This document shows positions 47,295-56,420 of a DNA stretch of 64,000 bases, piece by piece; within the stretch, counting starts at the first letter, position 1, and each line of letters starts with the position of its first letter. A program made the translations under genes and the position numbers. Below the pieces are notes generated by a model. It saw only the letters and a list, made by a program, of their open reading frames with translations, ran no database searches and was not told where the DNA came from. The stretch is taken from contig JALCMW010000011.1 in NCBI GenBank assembly GCA_022648685.1, positions 6,401 to 70,400 on the forward strand, given 5' to 3'. Source of the DNA: Bacteroidales bacterium (GTDB lineage: Bacteria > Bacteroidota > Bacteroidia > Bacteroidales > UBA932).

Positions 47295-47324
47295 TTCTGT
47301 TTGAAGCAGCAGGCTCAGACAGAA
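47295..47324. terminator. Hairpin between convergent rimM and DUF975 genes
   Basis: TTCTGTTTGA / TCAGACAGAA 10-bp stem with one wobble; no clear U-tract. Confidence 0.4.
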
Positions 47325-47358
47325 AGCATTTCTGATTATTGCCAGTCTGCAATCTCCA

Positions 47359-48090
47359 TTATTGTTCGTCTACGGTCTTTGTCCCATTATTATCATCTGA
47401 AGCAGGATTATCGGAAGATGGTTCTGGATTTACCGTACCTGTCTGCATGTCAATATCTGCAGGGCCTTTGATATCATCATAGAATGAAGCTACTGAAGTC
47501 ATGCAATAAGGGGTAAGCCAAAGGAATCCTATACCGAAAGTTATTATGGACAGGATAGCCCAGCCGATAAAACTCAGATAAAGGTAAAACAGATCGAATT
47601 TGTGGCCGGACATTAGTTTACGGCTCATATCTATCGCTTCGTTGGCGGTCAATTCAGGGTGTTCCACTATTATATAAGGAGTCATTGCATATGAAAAGGA
47701 TTTTATGATTCCCGGTATCAGGAAAAGCAAAGACCACAGCAGTACATAAATTTTCATTACCAAGATCACCCATACGATATGCAGCCATTTCGTAAAGCCT
47801 ATAACGAAAATGTTGTACGTAATCCTGTCGTCACCTCTTTCATAAAGGACTTTGAAAGCATTGTAATAACCTACGCCCATCGGAGCAGACACTAAGATCA
47901 GAAGTAAAAACAACGGACCCGAATAGAATACCGGCAATACTGCATAAGGATTGACGATGGAATGATAATTCGAAGGACCTAAAACCATACATTCTATGGC
48001 CATGAACACGATAGTGGCAACAACGGCCGGAGCCCAATTGCCTTTCAATGCGGCAAGAGCGGCATTTTTATAATCCTGGTTGGTTTTCAT
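47359..48090 (-). CDS. DUF975-family membrane protein
   Basis: YKNAALAALKGNWAPAV; LWSLLFLIPGIIKSFSYAMTPYI; AIDMSRKLMSGHKFDLFYLYLSFIGW. Confidence 0.9.
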   Translation of the reverse strand: MKTNQDYKNAALAALKGNWAPAVVATIVFMAIECMVLGPSNYHSIVNPYAVLPVFYSGPLFLLLILVSAPMGVGYYNAFKVLYERGDDRITYNIFVIGFTKWLHIVWVILVMKIYVLLWSLLFLIPGIIKSFSYAMTPYIIVEHPELTANEAIDMSRKLMSGHKFDLFYLYLSFIGWAILSIITFGIGFLWLTPYCMTSVASFYDDIKGPADIDMQTGTVNPEPSSDNPASDDNNGTKTVDEQ

Positions 48091-48113
48091 ATTATATAAT
48101 GATTATATGTGTT

Positions 48114-49133
48114 CTAAGCTTTTTGCGGCAAATCCAATCCCGTCAGTTTCTCTATTTGTTGTATTATCATATTCGGAGATATCATTTCCAGACAATGGAA
48201 ATCCCCATACCTGCAACTTCCTTCGCCATAGGATGAGCATGGACGGCAAGGCAAATCCACCTGGATATAATTTTTCTTCCAGTCGGCACCGTAAGCCGAA
48301 TAGCCTGTCGAAGGATGCGTCCCGCCCCATATGGCCACATACGGAGCACCAGTAAGCGTCGCCATATGCATTGTAGCCGAATCCATGGTAACCAATATAT
48401 CCAGATTGGAGATAAGTGCCGTTTCCCCGGCCAGATCGGTTCTGCCGAAAACGGTTTCCACACAAGGAAATATACTCATCATCTCTTCACAGAATTTTTT
48501 CTCTTTCCCCGGTCCGGAAAAAATAAAGACCTTGTCGAATCTGAATGACATCAGCCTTATCAGTTCCGCACAACTGTCCAAGGGATATATTTTTTTCTCT
48601 TTTCTGGAGAATGGGGCTATCCCCGCCCATATGCCTTTTTTGCTGCCGAATCCGGCAGGAACGGGACGGACTTCCCTGACAATTTCCGGATCAGGAACCG
48701 GAAAGCCCAAAGCAGCAAAGACATCACAGAATCTCAAGGCATTATTCCTGAGAGGAGTAAGATCTTTTCGAAAACGCCTTTTCACCCTCCATTTTGCAAT
48801 AGTCATCTGCTTATATGCGGCAACCTTGGATCCGCTCAGTTTCATAAGCAATCTTATTATCGTCGTACGGAGATTATTCTGCAAATCTGCAGTAAAATCA
48901 AGACCCGTAGACTTCGCCTTCGAGACGAAGCGGAAAATGTCGCAAACCCCGGCTTTTTCCGGAAAAAACAAAAAGTTTATATTCGGGACACCTTCATAAA
49001 ATCCCGCAAGCCTTTTCCTGGTTCCGACAGTAATTCCGAGATCAGGATATTTTTTTCTAAGAGAACGAACAGCATGCACTGTCATCGCAACATCACCAAT
49101 CGCCGACAACCTGAGGACAAGCATCTTTTTCAT
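48114..49133 (-). CDS. Glycosyltransferase family 9 (LPS-core heptosyltransferase-like)
   Basis: LVLRLSAIGDVAM; GIAPFS..K.YP; LVTMDSATMHMA; IWGGTHP; CRPCSSYG...C. Confidence 0.92.
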   Translation of the reverse strand: MKKMLVLRLSAIGDVAMTVHAVRSLRKKYPDLGITVGTRKRLAGFYEGVPNINFLFFPEKAGVCDIFRFVSKAKSTGLDFTADLQNNLRTTIIRLLMKLSGSKVAAYKQMTIAKWRVKRRFRKDLTPLRNNALRFCDVFAALGFPVPDPEIVREVRPVPAGFGSKKGIWAGIAPFSRKEKKIYPLDSCAELIRLMSFRFDKVFIFSGPGKEKKFCEEMMSIFPCVETVFGRTDLAGETALISNLDILVTMDSATMHMATLTGAPYVAIWGGTHPSTGYSAYGADWKKNYIQVDLPCRPCSSYGEGSCRYGDFHCLEMISPNMIIQQIEKLTGLDLPQKA

Positions 49134-49140
49134 ACCAACA

Positions 49141-49743
49141 CTATTTCTTTGAATACAGAACCGGATTCATATCCGGATCATTATACATTTTCATTTGTTT
49201 ATATACAACCATCTTCTTTTTTCCTGAAGCCAGATCTTCCAGCAGTTCGGAAACCGAACGTGTAAGATCCTCTCTCTGACGAAGAAGTACGGAAAGTTTC
49301 TCCGAACACTTTTTTATATGGTCATCAGACGAATCCCTGCGCAGGGATTGTTCCCTCATGTGATAGATTTTCAACGCAAGAATCGAAAGCCTGTCTATCG
49401 CCCAGGCAGGAGTCTCGGTGTTTATCCTTGCTTCGGGAGACGGAACCACATCTGCGAACCTCCTGAGGAAATACGAGTCAATATACTCTACCATATCGGT
49501 ACGGTCCTGATTCGACTTATCTATCCGCCTCTTTATCTCCAAAGCCTTTACGGGAGATATCCATGGGTCTCTTATTATATCCTCCAGATGCCATTGAACG
49601 GTATCTATCCAACATTTTTTGTACAAAAGGAATTCAAGGGAATCCGATTTATAAGGATCCGGACATTTTTTGTCGATATTGTCGTAATCATGATACTCGC
49701 TTACTGTCGAATCGAATATCTTATTAAAATCCGGTACTGTCAT
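49141..49743 (-). CDS. DUF4254-family protein
   Basis: KCWIDTVQWHLEDIIRDP; KRRIDKSNQDRTDMVE; NTETPAWAIDRLSILALKIYHM; VYKQMKMYNDP; paired with GT9 as is usual in Bacteroidetes. Confidence 0.9.
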   Translation of the reverse strand: MTVPDFNKIFDSTVSEYHDYDNIDKKCPDPYKSDSLEFLLYKKCWIDTVQWHLEDIIRDPWISPVKALEIKRRIDKSNQDRTDMVEYIDSYFLRRFADVVPSPEARINTETPAWAIDRLSILALKIYHMREQSLRRDSSDDHIKKCSEKLSVLLRQREDLTRSVSELLEDLASGKKKMVVYKQMKMYNDPDMNPVLYSKK

Positions 49744-49749
49744 GAAATA

Positions 49750-50508
49750 TTATTGAATTAAATGAATATTCGCGTAAAAATTATCTATGCAGACATATGG
49801 AGGAATACCTTCAACATTCGACGTAATAGAAAAATCGACGGCATCAGCGATCCCCAGTGCCGATATGTCCAACTTGGTCCAATCTTCGATAACAACGGCA
49901 GGAGTTTTCGTAAAATCGGCCAGGTACATTTCAGCGGAACCGGTAACTGCACCTCCGGAATATCCGGTTACCTTGAGTTTGATCCAATCACCGCTTTTGA
50001 AAGCAGGGACGGAACCGTTCCCGTAGATAACGTCGTTTACAACTTCATTCGTATTATTAACGTAACATAGATTCATCTTACAAGTACCGGAAGAAGAAAG
50101 TACGCTTTTTATTGCATACTTCGGCATACACGCCGTATCCGGATTATCATAGAAAATCATATAAGTCCTGGATTTGAAAGCACCGCCGCCGCCTGAAACC
50201 ACTTTGTACCTGCTTGAGGAATTGGTTGCGGAATGGACAGAGGAAATCACAGTATCCCTGCCTATTGCAAGAAAACAGCCACCCAGAAAAGTGTCTCCGG
50301 ATTTCTTTGCATTGCAAGCCATTGCATTCCCGATATAGAAATAATCAGGGAAATAAGTGCTGTCAGGAGCAAGAAACAATGAAGAATAATTCTCCGAAGA
50401 ATATTCGAAATCACCTACCGCAGTATATGTGGATTCGAACTTTCCGCCTTTCAGGCAGGAAACGGATAAAAGCGCAAGACTTAAAATAAAAAGAACTTTT
50501 TTCATCAT
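49750..50508 (-). CDS. DUF4465-family lipoprotein, divergent
   Basis: Lipobox SVSC; YVNNT...FKSGDWIKLKVTGY...YLADF...DWTKLDISALG...PYVCIDNF. Confidence 0.8.
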   Translation of the reverse strand: MMKKVLFILSLALLSVSCLKGGKFESTYTAVGDFEYSSENYSSLFLAPDSTYFPDYFYIGNAMACNAKKSGDTFLGGCFLAIGRDTVISSVHSATNSSSRYKVVSGGGGAFKSRTYMIFYDNPDTACMPKYAIKSVLSSSGTCKMNLCYVNNTNEVVNDVIYGNGSVPAFKSGDWIKLKVTGYSGGAVTGSAEMYLADFTKTPAVVIEDWTKLDISALGIADAVDFSITSNVEGIPPYVCIDNFYANIHLIQ

Positions 50509-50539
50509 TATTCGTTAAAAAGAATTGGCCGAAACCATG

Positions 50540-50547
50540 CAAATATA
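50540..50547 (-). promoter_or_regulatory. -7 box for the DUF4465-DUF4254-GT9-DUF975 operon
   Basis: The - strand reads TATATTTG, 32 nt upstream of the DUF4465 start; the -33 element is weak. Confidence 0.55.
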
Positions 50548-50595
50548 ACACTAATAATCGAAAATACTGGAAAACGTTTAATTGCGCCGGAGGAA

Positions 50596-52269
50596 TCAAT
50601 CGGAAGGAGGGCCGTATTCACGGGTAATGTCAAAATAACCGTAATCTTTGGATTTCAGGAAAGCAGACAATAGCATGACCCTTTTCCTGAATTTATCCTG
50701 GTTTTTTCCGGCAGGCAGGCTCCACCCGACTTCGGCAATTGCGAAAGCCCTGGGATAAAGCATGTATTCCGCATGATTGTCAGTGGAGATATATTCACCC
50801 CACAGATTTCCCTGAAGACCCAGCAGATGATGAAGATCCTTTTTACTTATAGCTTTGTCCGCAGGATCGTATGAATAGACTGTATCCAAAGGCACATAAG
50901 TATTGAAAGCGACCGGGGAATGGGCGGGATCATCCTGATAACGGTCGAGATAGCAATATTTTTCCGGAGTCATGATAACATCGTGGCCCATGGCTATGGC
51001 TTTCAGACCGCCTTTGGTCCCTTGCCAGGACATAACCGTAGCATTCGGTGCAAGTCCCCCTTTAAGAATTTCATTCCATCCTATTATGACTTTCCCTTTG
51101 GAATTCAGGAATTTTTCTATTCTGCCTATCAGATAACTTTGCAGCTGGTCCACATCCGTCATCCCTTCTTCCTTCATTCTTTCCTGACAGAGAGGGCAAG
51201 TCTTCCATGCGGTCTTTCTAGCTTCGTCACCACCTATATGTATATACTTCGAAGGGAAAAGTTCAGCTACTTCCGAAAGCACATTTTCCAGGAATTCATA
51301 TGTATTTTCGTTCCCGGGGCAAAGTTCGCCACCGCGGGAAGATGTATCACTTCGCCCTACGCAAGCCAATTCGGGAAAAGCATGCAGCACTTCCCTGCTG
51401 TGTCCGGGCATCTCTATTTCCGGAATAACTTCGATATGGCGGATTCTAGCATAATTCAAGATCGAACGTATGTCATCTTTTGTATAGAATCCTCCGTAGG
51501 CTCCGGATGAATCGGCAGAACTGTATTCAGCCTTTCCTGAATGCCATTTTGCCCAATCTTCCTCGGTACGCCATGCGGTTTTTTGAGTAAGGGCGGGATA
51601 TTTGTCGATCTGCAGCCTCCATCCTTCCGCATCGGTAAGATGCAAATGAAGTTTATTCAATTTCACAAGAGCCATAAGATCAATCTGCTTGATTATGAAG
51701 TCCCTGGATCTGAAATGTCTGGAAGTGTCAAACATCAGTCCACGATATGCAAACCTTGGATAATCGAAGATTCTGCAACATTTGAGTACGACGGGACCTG
51801 ACGATGATCCCCCTTGTTGCGTATTGCAGATATCGGCCATCATTATCAAATCCTGTATGGCATAAAAAGCCCCGGCGGACGTATTTGCCCTTATGGTTAT
51901 CTTGTCCCGGCTTATCTTAAGGATATAAGCGGCTTCTTTTGCAAATCGGGGAAGTTTCCTACTTTTGGCCAATGGCTTGTCCATTCCCGACAATATGATT
52001 TTCAGAAATGCTTTTTCTTGTCTCCCCTGTCCCTTTTCATGAAAAACCGTATTCTCCCTTATATATTGCTTCAGATCGGATATTCCGTATGACATGTCAA
52101 CGGCCGGCAATCCCGATTCAGGAGAATCAAGCTCATAAAAAGCTGAAGAAGGAAGCGTTACTGTTTTTGAAGAAGCATTGATTTTGACAGGTACCGGAGT
52201 AATCACTTCTGGCCCCGCCGCAAGAAACGACGACAACATTACCGATATCAAATATGCAAAAATGGTCAT
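50596..52269 (-). CDS. GH20 beta-N-acetylhexosaminidase
   Basis: DYPRFAYRGLMFDTSRHF; LHLHLTDAEGWR; IPEIEMPGH; HIGGDEA; GLQGNLWGE. Confidence 0.95.
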   Translation of the reverse strand: MTIFAYLISVMLSSFLAAGPEVITPVPVKINASSKTVTLPSSAFYELDSPESGLPAVDMSYGISDLKQYIRENTVFHEKGQGRQEKAFLKIILSGMDKPLAKSRKLPRFAKEAAYILKISRDKITIRANTSAGAFYAIQDLIMMADICNTQQGGSSSGPVVLKCCRIFDYPRFAYRGLMFDTSRHFRSRDFIIKQIDLMALVKLNKLHLHLTDAEGWRLQIDKYPALTQKTAWRTEEDWAKWHSGKAEYSSADSSGAYGGFYTKDDIRSILNYARIRHIEVIPEIEMPGHSREVLHAFPELACVGRSDTSSRGGELCPGNENTYEFLENVLSEVAELFPSKYIHIGGDEARKTAWKTCPLCQERMKEEGMTDVDQLQSYLIGRIEKFLNSKGKVIIGWNEILKGGLAPNATVMSWQGTKGGLKAIAMGHDVIMTPEKYCYLDRYQDDPAHSPVAFNTYVPLDTVYSYDPADKAISKKDLHHLLGLQGNLWGEYISTDNHAEYMLYPRAFAIAEVGWSLPAGKNQDKFRKRVMLLSAFLKSKDYGYFDITREYGPPSD

Positions 52270-52282
52270 TATATATATTAAT

Positions 52283-53011
52283 TTATGAATATAGTCCTCC
52301 GTTGACAGAGATGACTTCCCCGGTTATATAACCGGCGTCCTCAGATACAAGGAAACCGACAAGGGCCGCAACTTCCTCCGGTCTGCCGAAGCGGCCCGCA
52401 GGAATCGAAGATTTCAATTTGTCACCGTCAAGTCCTTCTAGCATATCCGTTTCGATGAATCCCGGAGCTATGGCATTCACGGTTACATTCCTTTTGGCTA
52501 CCTCCTGTGCAAGAGCTTTTGTCGCCGCTATTAGTCCGCCTTTTGCAGCAGAATAATTAGTCTGCCCCGGAAGACCTTTCAGCCCGGAAAGTGAACTCAT
52601 ATTGATTATCCGCCCCCTTCTATGGGTGAGCATTGCCTGCAACACTTGCTTCGTCACATTATAAAAGCCGTTCAGATCGACATCTATCACCCTGTGCCAA
52701 TCATCCTGTTCCATCCACAACAGAAGATTGTCCTTACGTATACCTGCATTATTTACCAGAACTTCGATGAATTCATCCTTATGGACCTTGTTCCATTGTT
52801 CCATGGCACTTCGCACCGCAAACGGATCACTGACATCAAAACATAGCAATTCTCCTGTGGAACCGGCCCCGGAAATCAGAGCCAGAGTCTCCGCTGCGGA
52901 TTTTTCGGAAGACATATAATTGACAATCACATGATATCCCAATTCGGCAAGTTTCACACACACTGCACGTCCTATTCCACGGCTTCCGCCGGTAACCAAA
53001 GCATTCTTCAT
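52283..53011 (-). CDS. fabG: 3-oxoacyl-ACP reductase (SDR), aryl-polyene/flexirubin-cluster type
   Basis: TGGSRGIG, VNNAGI, YSAAKGG and NAIAPGFIET. Confidence 0.9.
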   Translation of the reverse strand: MKNALVTGGSRGIGRAVCVKLAELGYHVIVNYMSSEKSAAETLALISGAGSTGELLCFDVSDPFAVRSAMEQWNKVHKDEFIEVLVNNAGIRKDNLLLWMEQDDWHRVIDVDLNGFYNVTKQVLQAMLTHRRGRIINMSSLSGLKGLPGQTNYSAAKGGLIAATKALAQEVAKRNVTVNAIAPGFIETDMLEGLDGDKLKSSIPAGRFGRPEEVAALVGFLVSEDAGYITGEVISVNGGLYS

Positions 53012-53068
53012 CTGATATTCAAATTACTCGAAAAAATCATAAGATTTGTGAACTTCACGGATACAAAG

Positions 53069-54571
53069 TTAAAATTTTTTAAGTATTTCCCGGCATGTGA
53101 TCACGGAAGTCATGGATACGCCCAGAAGGCCGTGGAGATTGAGACTCTGCCCTGTCAAAAGCAAATTGGAAACCGGTGTACGTGATGAAAGCAATGTCAT
53201 CATGGGATTGTGCCAATCTTTTCTGATTCCGTACGCCGAACCGGAAGGTGAACCCGTACGGCTTTTATATGTAAGCGGAGAGCTTGTCCAGTAATCTTCA
53301 ATTGCATCTTTTAATCCGGGAAGACGTTCCGAAGCCAGATCTATGCATTCTAGTGCTTTTTTCTTTTTGATATTTTCATATTCTTCTCCGCGGTGTCCTT
53401 CGGGACAATTTCCCCAATCGGATACGTCGTCCCATGACATGGGACTTAATATATCAAGATGTGTAGCCGGAATATTTAATCCCCGATCGGAAATAACGCC
53501 GTCATACCGTTCTTCCGGTACATAAAAACTTACCATTACGCTTTCCGTATGCGATGTCTCAGGATGCCAGAGATCTGCATCTGCTTTGTGGATATATATA
53601 TTTCTGTTTAAATATGGGATACGGCCTTTTTTGAGAGAAACATTTACCGTGAATATGCCGAAAGTGTTTTTCAGACCGTATATTCTTTCCCTGTATATTT
53701 TTCTTACTCGCAAATCACCACCCAAAAGTTCCATTGTGGATTCCGGATGGATATCGGATATCACCCAGTCCGCTTTCAAGGTCTCTTCACATACGGGATC
53801 CCCGCCGAAAGATACTTTCAGGAATTCCGCAGATCCGTTTTCACCTCCGATCCCGATAACTTTTGCATTGCAAAGCACTTTACCTCCCATTTCCCGGATA
53901 GCTTTCACCAACTTGTCCGTTATAAGGGAACCGCAGCCACGCAGCCGCCACGAACTCTGGATAAAAGAATTATTTATCTGGGCAAAGACATACAAAGGTA
54001 AAGTTTCCGCATCAAGTTCCATCTTGATCGAGGTTCCGGAAATGACCTTACGCAATAGCGGATTCCTGAAAGATTTGCAAATGAAATCATATGCGCTGAC
54101 ACCGAACAAATCATCGGGACCGAAAGAATTCGCAGACTTGAAAGTATTGTCACCCAACTTCTTCAAAAAAGCTGAATAAGCTTTGAGATCAGCTTTCTCA
54201 TCAGGGAAAAAGCCGGAAAGGCTTTCTGCAAAACGATCATAACCGCATGCCAATGGAAAACTTTCAACGATACCTGATTGTCCGCCTGCAAAAGAGACCT
54301 CATCGAAACAATCCGGATCCATACGGTGCCATGGAAGATCAAGCAGCCCGAAATATTTGAAAAAAGGATACAGGGACTGCCCTTCGTCTAGCCCTCCGAC
54401 GTAATGGAACCCGCTGTCGAATTCTTGTCCTTTGCGGAAGAACGACTGCATACAGCCGCCGCACTGCGAGGACTGTTCGAGAACCGTGACATCGAAGCCG
54501 TTCTTGGCCAGAATATATCCGCATTCAAGACCTCCGAGGCCGCTGCCTATTATCAAAACTTTATCAGCCAT
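53069..54571 (-). CDS. FAD-dependent oxidoreductase, phytoene desaturase / retinol saturase family
   Basis: IIGSGLGGL dinucleotide motif; FDSGFHYVGG; SSPLTY...GSAYG; NLLLTGQSLNLHGLLGVSM. Confidence 0.88.
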   Translation of the reverse strand: MADKVLIIGSGLGGLECGYILAKNGFDVTVLEQSSQCGGCMQSFFRKGQEFDSGFHYVGGLDEGQSLYPFFKYFGLLDLPWHRMDPDCFDEVSFAGGQSGIVESFPLACGYDRFAESLSGFFPDEKADLKAYSAFLKKLGDNTFKSANSFGPDDLFGVSAYDFICKSFRNPLLRKVISGTSIKMELDAETLPLYVFAQINNSFIQSSWRLRGCGSLITDKLVKAIREMGGKVLCNAKVIGIGGENGSAEFLKVSFGGDPVCEETLKADWVISDIHPESTMELLGGDLRVRKIYRERIYGLKNTFGIFTVNVSLKKGRIPYLNRNIYIHKADADLWHPETSHTESVMVSFYVPEERYDGVISDRGLNIPATHLDILSPMSWDDVSDWGNCPEGHRGEEYENIKKKKALECIDLASERLPGLKDAIEDYWTSSPLTYKSRTGSPSGSAYGIRKDWHNPMMTLLSSRTPVSNLLLTGQSLNLHGLLGVSMTSVITCREILKKF

Positions 54572-54614
54572 TATATTCCAATAGTTTTTGTAGAGCCGTA
54601 CACGGCATATCCTG

Positions 54615-55058
54615 TCAATCGGAACCGTATCCGGGAACGAAGATCTTGATTTGCCCTGAAGACAAGATTTTTTCTCCAGAGACGGTCTTTACGGAAACAA
54701 GAGACATCCCGAATATGGATTCAATCATAGAAACTTTTGTATGAAGTTCTTCCCCTGCCGAAGGTATACGGAAAATGCTGTATTTCTTTATTTCGCCTAT
54801 CAATCCCGTTTCAGGACTTTTTCCTTTGACGAAATTCCCGTACCCGGCAAAAAGGGCGGCGCTCTGGGCCGAGTGTTCGATAATCCCCGGTTCAATGAAC
54901 CTTCCGTCAATGCAGAATACGTTATTCCCCTTTATCGTAAGGCCGGCTTCGGCCGATGATTCGGACCATGAATAAAGAGTATCAACCATAACCATAGGAG
55001 GTCTCTGTATTATGAAATCGAGGATTGTATCTCCGTGCAGCAGCCTTTGTCCGGACAT
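54615..55058 (-). CDS. Hotdog-fold 3-hydroxyacyl-ACP dehydratase-like protein (ApeP-like)
   Basis: IIQRPPMVMVD; GIIEHSAQSAA; GLIGEIKKY; position within a KS/FabG cluster. Confidence 0.8.
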   Translation of the reverse strand: MSGQRLLHGDTILDFIIQRPPMVMVDTLYSWSESSAEAGLTIKGNNVFCIDGRFIEPGIIEHSAQSAALFAGYGNFVKGKSPETGLIGEIKKYSIFRIPSAGEELHTKVSMIESIFGMSLVSVKTVSGEKILSSGQIKIFVPGYGSD

Positions 55059-55069
55059 GATTCTATCTT

Positions 55070-56290
55070 TTAAAGATTCTTTATGACAAGTGAAGAGTTG
55101 GTTCCGCCGAATCCGAAAGAATTGGAAAGGAAAATGTCGAAATGCTTGTTTATCCGCTCCGGGGGAATCAAAAGTTTAACGGAATCTTCATCCGGATTCT
55201 CATAATTGAGATTGGCAGCTATGAAGTCGTTTTTCATCATAAGCATGGAATAAATCACTTCACTGGCCCCTGCCATCCACATCTCATGTCCCGTCTGTGA
55301 TTTTGTGCTTGTAACCTCTACAGTCCTGTTTCCGAATACATTGTAAATGGCCTTGGCTTCATTCTTGTCCCCCACCATGGTTGAAGTGGCATGGGCATTG
55401 ACATATCCTATATCTTTCTTTTCGATTCCAGCGTCGCGTATCGACATCTCAAGGGAACGGCATGGGCCGTCAACATTCGGAATGGAGATATGTCCTCCGT
55501 TTCCGGAAAAGCCATAACCCAGAACTTCACCGTAAATATGCGCGCCGCGCCGCTTTGCGGATTCATAGCTTTCTATTATTACAGTTGCGGCACCCCCGCT
55601 CGGGACCAAGCCATCTCGATCCCGGTCGAACGGGCGGCTGGCTTTCCCCGGGGCATCCTCTCTTACGGAAAAAGCGGAAATTCCATCGAAAGAGCCTACT
55701 GCATAAGGATTTACTTCTTCGGCACCGCCACATACGACCATCTCCTGCAGACCATTCCTTATGAGAAGAGTTCCCAGACCGATGGCGTGGGAACCGCTTG
55801 CACATGCACCTGAAACCGTCAGATTTATGCCTTTCAACTTGAATATGCATCCGAGGTTCATAGTAACAGTGGAATTCATGGACTGGAAGATGGATCCGGA
55901 ACCGCAAAGAGTGGTATCTTTCTTTTCCCGTATTATATCGACCGCCTTTATGACAGGGACGGTGGAACTGTCATTTCCATATATGATGCCGACTTCATGT
56001 CCTTCAAGATAACCGGGATCCACACCCGCATCCCGCAAGGCATCTCTGGTTGCCCGATAAGCATATTTTGCCTGCTCAGGCATATATACCCTTTCGGAAC
56101 GTGGAAGTTCCCCTTTCAGATCCGGCACGGATAGCTTTGCCGTCAGCGCGGAACGGAATCCCATAGCTTTTCTTTCCGGATCGAAAACGATACCCGACTT
56201 CCCTTCATATAATGAATCACGCACTTTCTCAAGCGTGTCCCCGATACAGGAATATATTCCCATACCTGTAATAACCACTCTGTTAGCCAT
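55070..56290 (-). CDS. Beta-ketoacyl-ACP synthase (FabB/F-like, Bacteroidetes flexirubin/APE-cluster type)
   Basis: RVVITGMG; SGACASGSHAIG (catalytic Cys); NAHATST; KSQTGHEMW; SNSFGFGGTN. Confidence 0.93.
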   Translation of the reverse strand: MANRVVITGMGIYSCIGDTLEKVRDSLYEGKSGIVFDPERKAMGFRSALTAKLSVPDLKGELPRSERVYMPEQAKYAYRATRDALRDAGVDPGYLEGHEVGIIYGNDSSTVPVIKAVDIIREKKDTTLCGSGSIFQSMNSTVTMNLGCIFKLKGINLTVSGACASGSHAIGLGTLLIRNGLQEMVVCGGAEEVNPYAVGSFDGISAFSVREDAPGKASRPFDRDRDGLVPSGGAATVIIESYESAKRRGAHIYGEVLGYGFSGNGGHISIPNVDGPCRSLEMSIRDAGIEKKDIGYVNAHATSTMVGDKNEAKAIYNVFGNRTVEVTSTKSQTGHEMWMAGASEVIYSMLMMKNDFIAANLNYENPDEDSVKLLIPPERINKHFDIFLSNSFGFGGTNSSLVIKNL

Positions 56291-56323
56291 AACACATAAA
56301 AACTATAACATACATCAATACGG

Positions 56324-56365
56324 CATATCCCCTGATTCGGAACCGGATCTAAATCAGGGGATATG
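56324..56365. terminator. Perfect 14-bp stem-loop between the GDPD gene and the KS gene
   Basis: CATATCCCCTGATT / AATCAGGGGATATG with a 14-nt loop; no immediate U-tract. Confidence 0.5.
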
Positions 56366-56420
56366 ATATCGACATGCCGCCAAACGGATCCGGATGAAAA
56401 CAGTTCCGTAAAGTTAGCTA

